NCBI GenBank assembly: GCA_013265495.1
Contig: MU057880.1
Location: 2,076,527 to 2,140,526, forward strand
Direction of reading: 5' to 3'
Source: Vicugna vicugna
Lineage: Eukaryota
DNA: 64,000 nt
Shown here: piece after piece, positions 24,653 through 34,686 of the stretch
Numbering within the stretch: the stretch's first letter is position 1
Layout: each line of letters starts with the position of its first letter
Translations under genes and position numbers: made by a program
The notes under the pieces: generated by a model
The model's database searches: none
What the model was told of the DNA's origin: nothing
The model's input: only the letters and a program-made list of their open reading frames with translations

Positions 24653-25350
24653 GCCGTTTAAGCATCTCCTATACACTGGAATATTTAAACCTCTTCCGCA
24701 TCCTTCACTTCCAAACCATAAATTCTTACTCCTTCATTGTTTCCTGCAGGGTAAGAGCCCTGTCTACCCCTCGACATTAACTTCATTCCCAGCTCCCCCT
24801 TATAATTTTGCTTCTCCTATGTCACGATTTTCACCTCCCTCCTCTCAGGAATTCTTATTATCTCACATTTATCCTTTACAGCCTCTAGCAAACCAGGACT
24901 TCCTCCCTGGTCCTGTCTCCTGAAGACGACAGAGGGGACTCCAGGCCCACAGCATCTCTCGGTCAACTCAGCACCGGGCTCCCTGCCCCCCTCCCACGGC
25001 GGCATCTGGTCCAGACACCTTGGCCCGCGGCCGCAGGTACCGTGCCCACCTTCACACTCGGCCCCAGGACACCACTGGAGGCCGTCCTGGCGGTCTGCAG
25101 GGTGGAGAGAGAAATTCCGTGTCACCTCCCACCTTCCGGAGGGGGCAGCTGCAGTGGCTGAGGGTGCCCCGCAGGCAAAACGACGCCAGCTACGTCCGCG
25201 AGCCTCTCCGCATGCCTCCAGCCGAGCGGACCCGCACCTCCTCCAGGGATGCGCGGACACCCCGCGGCATCCTCCTCCCCCTCCTCCTCCCCGCGCCCCG
25301 CCGCCGCAGTGCCCCCGCGCGCCGCGCGCCCCTCACCAGAGCCGACCTAC

Positions 25351-25600
25351 CTGAGGAGCCCGCCCCGCAGCCCCGGGAGGACTGGCGCTCCGGCCCCGAC
25401 GCGCCGCTGCGGGGGGAGCGGCTGCGCCCGGATCCCCGTCCGCGTCCCCGTCCGCGTCCCCGTCCGCGTGCCCGTCCCCGCGATGGGCTGACGCGCCTGC
25501 TCGCGCCGCCGAGCCTGCGCCGTGCGGTCCGCTCCGCGGCGGGGTGGGCGCGCTGCGGGGCGCGGGCCGGGATGCTGACGGCGCGGGGGGGCCCCGGCGC
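25351..25600 (-). other. Probable non-coding first exon of an unidentified minus-strand gene (5' boundary uncertain)
   Basis: Strong donor CTCAG|GTAGGT (plus strand 'gacctac|ctgag', 25350/25351) inside the CpG island. A second donor CTG|GTGAGG lies ~14 nt further into the intron. I saw no ATG in the exon on the minus strand. Confidence 0.6.
25433..25480 (+). repeat. GC-rich dodecamer tandem repeat (TCCCCGTCCGCG)x3 plus one degenerate unit
   Basis: Perfect units at 25433, 25445 and 25457; degenerate unit at 25469 (TGCCCGTCCCCG). Confidence 0.95.
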
Positions 25601-26489
25601 GCGGGAGGACGTCCCACCGCCCGCCGTCTCTGGCCCCCGCCCCGGTCCCCCGCCCCGGAGGGGATTCTGAGCGTAAGGATGCGGTCCCCACCGGAGGCTC
25701 GCTCTAGACGGTGGGGCGGGGGTGGAGGGTGGGTGCGCAGGGCTGGCCCAGAAGAAAAAGACCATTCAAAGAGCTGCAGTCCTTTATTGTCCGTTTTTGA
25801 CCACTAGCAACAAAAAGTGATGGAACAACAAATGCCCCTGTTGGACCAAAGCAGACGACAGCCAGTTTCTGGGATTTCATCGTTGGCCTGGTCCGCTGGC
25901 ATCTGACTTCATCCTGGAGTCTTACATCCAATTTCTCAAAGCCTGACCTTTCTAAGCGCCCTTAAGTTGATCAAAGTCACGAAAGCCATGTAATCACGGA
26001 GGTAATGCTGTTTGAATATTTTGCATAATTAACACGTGTACAGAACTTTAGTTTCAGAGCGCGGTCGCTGCATTACCGCACTTGGCCCTCGCTCCATTCA
26101 TTCCTGGGCAAGTTTCTTGGCTTCGTCCCCATTTTAAAGACGAAGAAGGCGAAGCTCCGGTATGTTAAAGGATTAATTTAGGGTGACTTAAATACCTCGA
26201 ATAGAATTTACCTGAGACTCAGAGTCTTATTTTAACACTTCTGAGTCAGGTACAATCTCTGCCTTCTGTTTACCAAGGACCCCTTCCCTTGGCTCCTGGG
26301 TAACACACAAAGCTTTCCTGTTACCTCTGTACTGAGCGCCTACTTGACTTCTTTTCATTAAGAAAGCGTTCTCAGATGAGCAGTATTACTTAGCAAAGTT
26401 TTGCGGACCTACACACGTATTTCTTCACTAGTAAACTGTCAACCCACATCATGCCAGGGAGTGAGCTTTTCCTCTAAGTAACCGTGTTC

Positions 26490-26978
26490 TGTAGGTTTCA
26501 CAAGATACTCAGCTCTGAAAACCAAGTAGAATATAGTCTTTCATAAAATACATTTACATTTATAAGGGAAAAAAATCTCCACTTGTCTGGATGTCTCCCT
26601 CTCTGCGCCAGGAAGAGGAGGCTGACTAAATCTCCAAAAACTCTTACCCCAGGGGGAGGCACAGGATTCAATGTGCATGACAATCATGCCCTTCTTGACC
26701 GTTTTTTCCTGGTAGTGTCCCTGGACCAACTGGAGTTCCTCCGCCACCAACATCTTCTTTTGTCTTTAGTTGGAGATGGTCTTTGAGGTGGTGTCTTGGG
26801 CCATTTTGGGGACTTACTCAGGTTTCTCGGGTGTCTCCCATGCACACAGGTGGTACACATGTTATTAAACTTCTAGGTGTTTTTCCTCCTGTTAATCTGC
26901 CTCTTTTTTTTTTTTTTACTAGGAGTCCCAGCCAAGAACCAAGAAGGGTGGGGAGAAAATCATTTTTCCTCCCCTACA
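26490..26978 (+). mobile_element. Solo ERV1 LTR, MER34-like
   Basis: TG...CA ends. 3' end 'attaaacttct...tgtttttcctcctgttaatctg...agccaagaaccaagaagggtggggagaaaatcatttttcctcccctaca' is typical of the MER34 group as recalled. Confidence 0.7.
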
Positions 26979-27099
26979 GGACAAAAAATAAGTTTCATGA
27001 AACCAAGGGAATTCAGAAGCGGAGGAAAACCTGAAACTTAGTTTTCTTGTAATCAAGGAATTACTAAGAATGTGGAGTAATAGTAGATAGAGATTCACG

Positions 27100-28238
27100 T
27101 GATGAACAAGACCTTTCTCCAGAACTCCAGACTCATATATCCAGTTGCCTTCTCGACATCTCACCTTGCAGACTGAACACATTTCATTCTCACCTGTCCA
27201 AAATGGAGCCAGTGTTCTTCCCTGCCAAATCTCTTCCCACTCCACCTTCTCTCAGCTGATGGCAACCTGTCCCTACAGAAGGCTCCGGCCAAAAATCTCA
27301 AAGACGTTCCTAATTGCTTCCTTTTTCTCATTCCCCACATCCAGTCTGTCAGGAAACACTGCGTCCTCTCTAACTACTATGTTTACTGTAGGAAAGCCGG
27401 ACTGAGCCACCATCACCTCTGAGTTGGGTTGTTTCAATAGCTTCCCGCCTGCCCCACTCCCCTGGTATCAACAAGGCGGCCAGGTGCCTGTAAGACATGT
27501 CTGTGTCAGATGACGTCCCTGCTCAGCCCAGGCCCAGCAATACTCCTCACGTCACTCAGATGCTAAACCAAGGTTCTCCCAGGGCAACACAGGGTCCCGA
27601 GTGCCAGGCGCCCTCCCAGTGCTCTGCCGTCCTCTGACTCTCTCCCCTTGGTCTCTCTGCCCCAGTGACACTGGTCCAGCTGCACCTCCAACAGGTGGGA
27701 GGGTGGGGCCCCCCCAGCCTACTGTCTCTGCTGGTCCCTCTGCCTACTGTGCCCCTCCCCCAGACAGCCGCACATCCAGCTCCCGAACTTCTTCAAGTTT
27801 TCCCCCAGATGTCACCCTCTCAAGCGATGTATCAGATATTATTTAAAGGTACCACCTGCTCCTCACCCATTCAAGGACTTCCGATCTCCTTTTACTTGGC
27901 TTTTTGTTTCTTTTTCATAGTCCTTACTACCTTCTAATATAGTATACAACCCAGAAATAATTACATTTAAACAGAATATATATAGCCTAGAAATAGATTA
28001 TATATAAATTTACTATCTATTAAATAGAAATAAAAAAATAGAAAAAAGAGAAATAGATTATATATAAATAGAAAATATATAACCTAGAAATAGATTATAT
28101 ATAAATAAATAGATTATATATGAATAGACACAGCCTTGCTTTCCTTTCTAAAATGCGAGCTCAGGGAAGGTAGAGATTTTTGTCTGTTTTTATCCATCGC
28201 CGTTGCCCAGAGCACCTACATTTGTGTTGAATGAGGAA
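27100..28238 (+). mobile_element. L2 (L2a-like) 3' region, interrupted by an AT-rich repeat
   Basis: 'ctccagactcatatatccagttgccttctcgacatctc', 'agccaccatcacctct', 'agatttttgtctgtttt...ttgcccagagcaccta...tttgtgttgaatga'. Confidence 0.8.
27985..28128 (+). repeat. AT-rich imperfect minisatellite (unit ~AGAAATAGATTATATATAAAT, 4 copies)
   Basis: Unit seen at ~27989, 28050, 28086 and 28106. Confidence 0.8.
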
Positions 28239-28921
28239 GTAAATCTTGGCCTAGTCACTGAACTTCTTAACATTTCATGTTTTCTTCTTAGTGAAGTGAA
28301 AATGGCAAGGCGTGGCTTGCAGAATTATTCTAAGGACTGAACGGTGAATTTATGTTAAGTGTCTGATCCTGAGAAGAAGGTCCATGAGTAATTACCATTG
28401 GTAAAAACCAATTCCCCTCTTGGTTTTTCTATTCACTTGATGAAACAATCACTGTTGAAGTGATGCAACCCTGTGGTATATTTCTTTCTGTTATTTTCTT
28501 CCTTTATTTGTGTCTTCCTGGAAACATTTTGTGAGGCCACCTCAACACAATCAATTGGAACCCGGTTTCCTGCACACCCAGCTTCACGTGTCCTATATTA
28601 ATTTTCTCTTACTGGCTCATAGAACTTAAATGCTGACCTGAATGTCTTATGTTCAATTAAGAAACCAAATGTTAGAAAAAGAGAGAATTCTCACCAAATC
28701 ATTTGTGCATGTGACATAAGCATCACTGTTGTCACTACCCAAACAGCCTTCAAACATGAGTCTTGAATTTATACATTATCTCTCTTCTATTTCCTCTCTA
28801 TATGAGTCATATTTACTCTTTAATCATAACCTGAATTGTAATTGTCATTTATGAGATTTTTCTCAAAACTTCAGTTAGGATGCCATCAGATGTTTTCAGG
28901 AAGAAGTATGTCCAGCTGTTT

Positions 28922-29202
28922 AATTTTTTTCCAGTGTTATTGAGATATAATTGGCATAACATCATACGAGTTTCAGATGTACAGCATAACAATTTGATAT
29001 GTGTAAATATTGTGAAATGATCACCTCATGTAGTTACAAATTCTTTTCCTTGCAATGAGAACTTTTAAGATTCACTCTCAGACACTTCTCAAATGTACAA
29101 TACAGTATTATTATCATCACATTGTATGTTACAACTTCAGTACTTATTTATCTTATAATTGGAAGTTTGTATCTTTGATCACCATTAACCAATTCCACCA
29201 CC
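28922..29202 (-). mobile_element. L1MA9-like 3' end with TSD
   Basis: Antisense L1 3' UTR. Flanking direct repeats 'atgtccagctgttt' (~28908) and 'atgtccagttgttt' (~29203). Confidence 0.85.
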
Positions 29203-29573
29203 ATGTCCAGTTGTTTTTAGATGTGTTTTCCCTTGAGCCATCATCTTAAAAAATTTCTCAAAAATAGATAATAGAGGTATAAATGTAAATTAGAAGATTA
29301 CAATAAAGGATGATTAGATGATGGGTAAGTTATTTTGCATCTGTTAAGTACTATTCATGAATTTTACAGGACAGCAAAACTTATATTGAGAAATGTTGAT
29401 GAGTAATCAGTCTTATTGTATTAGAAAAATAAAAATATTATTTGATAACCAAAAATCACTTCCACATGTTTTTCTGACATAGCACATTATCCTTAAAATA
29501 GTCTCCAAACACCTAATTATTTTTACACTCACTTTTAAACAATCATTATTTTTAAACTCACTTTCAAACAATC

Positions 29574-29995
29574 TTCTTTAAATATTTGGTAGAATTCCCC
29601 TGTGAAGCCATATTTTTTGCTTGTAAAGAGTTTTTCTTTTTTTTTAATTACTGATTTAATTTCATTGCTAGTAATTGGTCTGTTCAGATTTCCTCTTTCT
29701 TCCTGATTTAGCCTTGAAAGATTGTATCTTTCTAGGAATTTATCTATTTCTTCCAGGTTTCCAATTTATTGGCATGTAACTCTCGTATTCTCTTATGATT
29801 ATTCCTATGATGGTAGTTGTAACTTCTCTTTTATTTCTAATTTTATTTAATGGCCCCCTTTTTTTTTTCTCTTGATGAATCTGGCTAAAGATTTATTCAT
29901 TTTGTTTATCATTTTAAAAAACCAGCTTTTAGTTTCACTGATCTTTTCTTTTCTTTTCTTTTTTTGGTCTCTATTCCATTTATTCCCACTCTAAT
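29574..29995 (-). mobile_element. L1M ORF2 internal fragment
   Basis: 'tttggtagaattcccctgtgaagcca', 'attggtctgttcagattt', 'ctaggaatttatctatttcttc', 'aaaaaccagcttttagtttcactgatc'. Confidence 0.8.
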
Positions 29996-30545
29996 TGCAA
30001 GATGTTGTTAATACTCTTATTATTTTTTTATGGGAAGTGTTAGAGTTAGTTCATCTTTAGTGTCCTATTAGAACATCAAGTTTCCCACATCAGTTGCACA
30101 TAAGTGAGTTGAGCAGCTTCTTTTTCAGACACAGACTTGGCTTGTACAGAATTCCGACTGCAGGTTAGCACATCGAAGCCAAAGAGGCCGTTCTGGTGCT
30201 AGACCCAGAATCTTGCTTCCAACTTCAGCTTGGTCCTAAAGATTTACTAACGTGTGAATTGTTGTTCACTTAATTTTCCTTTCTGTTCCACGTAACAGCA
30301 GTAACAATAATTATAACCATCATTCATCAACAATGTACTAGTCTCCAGTTGGTACACAAATATATTATCTCCTCTACACCGCCATGAAGTCGATATTATT
30401 CTTATCACAATTTATGGGGACATATCCAGAAGCATCATATAAATTTTCCAAAGTTTGTCAATATCATTCATAATAAATGATTGGGAGAACTATGCCCCTG
30501 AGTATGTCTGACATTGGAAACTGGGATCTAAAACTTTTTAAAATT

Positions 30546-30675
30546 ATTTTTTGGGGGGAGGTGATTAAGTTTATTTATTTATTTCATTTTATTTTTTAAA
30601 TGGAGGTACTGGGGATTGAACCCAGGCCCTCGTGCATGCTAAGCACACACTGTACCACTGAGCTATATCCTCCTC
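30546..30675 (-). mobile_element. Vic-1-like SINE
   Basis: 'gggggaggtgattaagtttattt...tggaggtactggggattgaacccagg...catgctaagcac...accactgagctata'. Confidence 0.9.
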
Positions 30676-31614
30676 ATAAAAATATTTTTTGTGTAATTGT
30701 AAATTGCACGTTCAATAATAGCTTATGACGCCCAGAATAGCATTAGTATACAACCAGATCAACTACGGTGTAATTTTGAGAACATAACAGTAGAAATGTA
30801 AGATACTCCTACTTATGAATTTGAGGATTGTATTCTGTTTCATCGAATTGAGGCAACAGTTCAGAACAATCAAAGGCCACTGTAACTGCCACCAAGCCAT
30901 CCCAGCCCTTATTCACACAGAGAGGAACTACCTGGGATTGGCGGTGTGTGGGTGTCAGATTTTCTTGTTGTGTCAGAGTATTTACTGTGAAAGCACTGAC
31001 ATTGTATGATACAGCTTTTAGATAAATGAGATATACACTATTCTTTAGTTCTAAGTAAAGAAACAAAGAATTACTCACATCTTTGTCAATGACATGATAT
31101 TCTTAATGCCCCTCAAGAACACACCTTAGGAAGAAACAGATAAGCCCAGAGCTTATTTGGTGCTATCCGGGCTAGTCCAGTAAGGAGGACATCAGGATCA
31201 CGGACAAGCCCCAGCTCTTCACACCCAGCTGGGTGTCATGAAGCAGTTGTCATCCACAGATCAGCTTGTGTGAGTTGTTTGTTCCTTTGTTTCACAGTTA
31301 CTGGGTGACAGGTCAGCTCAGTCCCGACAGCTCAAACCCAAAAGTTCCTTTGAAGCAATAACAATAATTCTTGGAGCAGATGCCTGGCAACTCAGGCCCA
31401 CAAATCTTCCAATACAATGGAATCTCTTCCAAAAGTGTTTGCAGCTTTAACTAAGTCTGAGCAAAGCTAGAATTGCCTCTTTGGGCAAGTTTGAATCTGC
31501 CGGTCAGCAGTGCTGGAGGTCTAGGAAGTGGTCACGTGCTCCTCCAGCGGGCATGACATCAAGTCTCACATGTTCGTGATGACATGCTGGCGTCCTCTGG
31601 TAACCAAAGCAGCT

Positions 31615-32263
31615 ACTTACCATATGATCCAGCAATCCCACTCCTGGGCATATATCCAGAGGGAAATCTAACTCGAAAAGATACTTGCACCCAAGTGTTC
31701 ACAGCAGCACTATTTGCAATAGCCAAGACATGGAAACAACCTAAATGTCCATTGGCAGATGACTGGATAAAGAAGCTGTGGTATATTTATACAATGGAAT
31801 ACTACTCAGCCATAAAAAAGAATAAAATATTGCCATTTGCAGCAACATGTATGGACCTGGAGATCATCATTCTAAGTGAAGTGAGCCAGAAAGAGAAAGA
31901 GAAATGACATATCACTCATATGTGGAATCTAAAAAAACAAAAAGACAAATGAACTGATTTACAAAACTGAAACAGACTCACAGACAGAAAACAAACTTAC
32001 GGTTACTGGGGTGGGGGGAGTGGTGGGAAGGGATAAATTGGGAGTTCAAGATTTCCAGATACTAATTGCTATATATAAAATAGATAAATAACAAGTTTAT
32101 ACTATACAGCACAGGGAGCTACATTTGATACCTTGTAGTAACCTATAATGAAAAAGAATCTGAAAAGAAATCTATGTATGTTTATGTCTGACTGAAACAT
32201 TATGCTGTACACCAGAAGTTGACACAACCTTGTCAATTGACTATACTTCAATTAAAAAAAAAA
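31615..32263 (+). mobile_element. 5'-truncated young L1
   Basis: ORF '[16 protein letters not shown]...[40 protein letters not shown]...ILSEVSQKEKEK', followed by 3' UTR and poly(A). Confidence 0.95.
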
Positions 32264-32943
32264 CAGTAAGTCATAGAAGGAAAACCACGGTATTTATCAA
32301 ATTATTATGGCTTTAAAGTAAATTTAAAATCAGGCTCACCAAGCAAATTAAGCTCTTTGTGTTGTCATTAAGGAAGTCCTTAAGCTTGCTGTGGATTCTA
32401 AAGATTAGATCTCTCTGACCTAATTTTGAAAACTCACTTTGTCACTAGAATTTATATATAGCGCTGGCGCAGAAGGACATTTGTTCAAGGGTAGTGGAAT
32501 CAACCGAAGGAGTGAGGGCTGAGAGAGAAACATCCACTTCTGAAGCTAGCATGGCCAAGGAAGAGAAAAATCAGTAAAGCATTAGATTGGACGAGAAAAA
32601 GAAGGACCAGATTAAACGTTTGGACGCAACTCTCGCATTTCCTAAAGCACATTTTTTGCAACATTAGCCTCAGACAAAGAATAACTCAAGGACTAAACAG
32701 ACTTGTGGAAATTTTGTCTATCACATCTTCATTTAAGATTTATAATGTATTTTAGTATATCAAATGTTTGGTTATATCGTAAATTAAAAAAAAGTCAACA
32801 TTGTTTAACCCAGCATCTCCTAAACATGTTTGACCAGGAAATTTTTTATGCTACACCTGTAAATATTCCACAGATCTATTGTTTCAAGAATTGTCATGTG
32901 GAAAAATGCTGCTCTGGGCAAAAACAGTCTAAGAGTAAGCTCC

Positions 32944-33797
32944 TGATTTGCATTTCTTTGATAAGGTATCACCTTACACCAGTCAGAATGGTCATCATTA
33001 AAAAGTCCACAATGATAAAAGCTGGAGAAGCTGTGGAGAGAAGGGAACCCTTCTACACTGTTGGTGGGAGTGTAGATTGGTGCAGCCATTATGGAGGACA
33101 GTATGGAAGTTCCTTAAAAAACTAGAAATAGACTTACCCTGTGATCCAGCAATCCCACTACTGGGCATATATCCAGAGAGAACTCTAATTTGAAAATACA
33201 CCTGCACCCCAATGTTCATGGCAGCACCCCATACAATAGCCAAGACACGGAAACAACCTAAACGTCCATCAACAGATGACTGGATAAAGCAGCTGTGGTA
33301 TATTTACACAATGGAATACTACTCAGCCATAAAAAAGAATGAAATAATGCCATTTGCAGCAACATGGACGTTCCTGGAGAATGTCATTCTGAGTGAAGTA
33401 AGCCAGAAAGAGAAAGAAAAATACCATACAATATCACTCATATGTGGAATCTAACAAAAAAAGAGAAAAAGAGGACACTAATGAACTCATCTGCAAAACA
33501 GAAACAGACTCACAGACATAGTAAACAATCTTATGGTTACCAGGGGAAAGAGAGGGTGGGAAGGGATAAATTTGGGAGTTTGAGATTTGCAAATGTTTGC
33601 CACTATATATAAAAACAGATTTAAAAAACAAAATTTCTTCTGTATAGCACAGGGAGCTATATTCAATATCTTGTAATAACCTTTAATGAAAAAGAATATG
33701 AATATGAATGCATGTATGTATTTGCATGACTGGGACATTTTGCTGACACCAAAAATTGACACATTATAACTGACTGTACTTCAATTAAAAAAAAAGA
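32944..33797 (+). mobile_element. 5'-truncated young L1 with a short 5' inversion
   Basis: ORF2 C-terminal motifs 'YHLTPVRM', '[31 protein letters not shown]'. 32944-32964 is the reverse complement of the L1 segment 'ttatcagagaaatgcaaatca'. Confidence 0.93.
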
Positions 33798-33978
33798 AAC
33801 CAATCGTCCCAAGTGAATACTTTTTCTCCCAAGACAAAATAATGAGCTGCGCTTTTGATAAAGCATTATTCTTGTGTTCAGTTTTTTTATTTATGAATTC
33901 CAATTAATTCAACTCAGTTTCCTATACTTTCTTCATAAATGATTGAAACCTAGGATCTGATTATTGCAAGTTTATGAA

Positions 33979-34146
33979 GGGGGAGGGTGTAGCTCAAAGA
34001 TGGAGAACGTGCTTAGCATGCACGAGGTCCAGGGTTCAATCCCCAGTACCTCCATTAAAAAATAGTAAACAAACAAACAAACATAATGATCTCCCAAATA
34101 AATAAATAAATAAGATCTATTGAAAAACTTTTAAAAAGAAAAAAAA
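33979..34146 (+). mobile_element. Vic-1-like SINE
   Basis: tRNA-like head 'ggggagggtgtagctca...gcttagcatgcacgaggtccagggttcaatccccagtacctcca'. TSD-like 'aagtttatgaag'/'aaatttatggag'. Confidence 0.88.
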
Positions 34147-34289
34147 TTTATGGAGATGGAAATGATAGGGAGTTAGAACAATTTCAGGCACAGTTTATTT
34201 TTAGTAAGAAAATTACTCATTAAGGCTGAAGAAATACCAGATAGCTCATTTTATTCTATTTTCCTATTAATAATGTTTTTCTGATAATG

Positions 34290-34540
34290 TTCTGGATATC
34301 TACTATAGGTCAAACACTGTGTAGGCAACTGAAATATAAAAACTCGTAAGAAATAGTGTCTATACTACAGTGATCCAAGTAAGGGAAACAGACATATTTA
34401 TAAACTATGGGTAAGTGTCACCACACAGGTGAGTAAGGACACCCTGAGATTGCACAGCTCAGACTCGGGGAACCATGATGTTTTCCCAAAGAAGATATTG
34501 GGAGGAGTCCTGTAAAATAATTAGAAGTAAACAGGATGAA
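34290..34540 (-). mobile_element. Degenerate L2 remnant
   Basis: 'atctactataggtcaaacactgtgtaggca...aagggaaacagacat' resembles an antisense L2 3' end. Confidence 0.5.
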
Positions 34541-34686
34541 AGTCCTTCGGGTGCAGATGTTTTTTCTAAACAGACAAACCGGGATGTATGCCGGCATGTG
34601 AACTGACTGTAAGCCCAGTCAGTAAGCATTCAGAACTACAGAATGGCCGGAGCATCCTCAGAAAATGTAAAAAGATAAAGCCAGAG

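Larger units (their letters stand above)
24990..25760. promoter_or_regulatory. CpG island promoter
   Basis: Very high GC and CpG density against an AT-rich background; GC boxes (e.g. 'ggggcgggg' ~25713, 'cccccgcccc' ~25634); TGACG half-CRE sites at ~25489 and ~25576. Confidence 0.92.

Noticed and set aside
25351..25600. Assigning a gene symbol to the CpG-island gene
   Set aside because: No coding exon is present to identify it, so any name would be a guess.
24817..25931. Long ORFs on both strands over the CpG island (up to 216 aa, Arg/Pro/Gly-rich)
   Set aside because: Stop-codon scarcity in GC-rich DNA explains them. They are low complexity, overlap in all frames and have no recognisable domain.
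27985..28128. Spaced ~21-bp direct repeats as a CRISPR-like array
   Set aside because: Irregular AT-rich low-complexity spacers inside an L2 in mammalian DNA; this is a slippage-derived minisatellite.
15866..33454. ORFs at 15866, 31584, 32703 and 33212 resembling protein (also 60547)
   Set aside because: They are C-terminal fragments of L1 ORF2p from truncated elements, not host genes.
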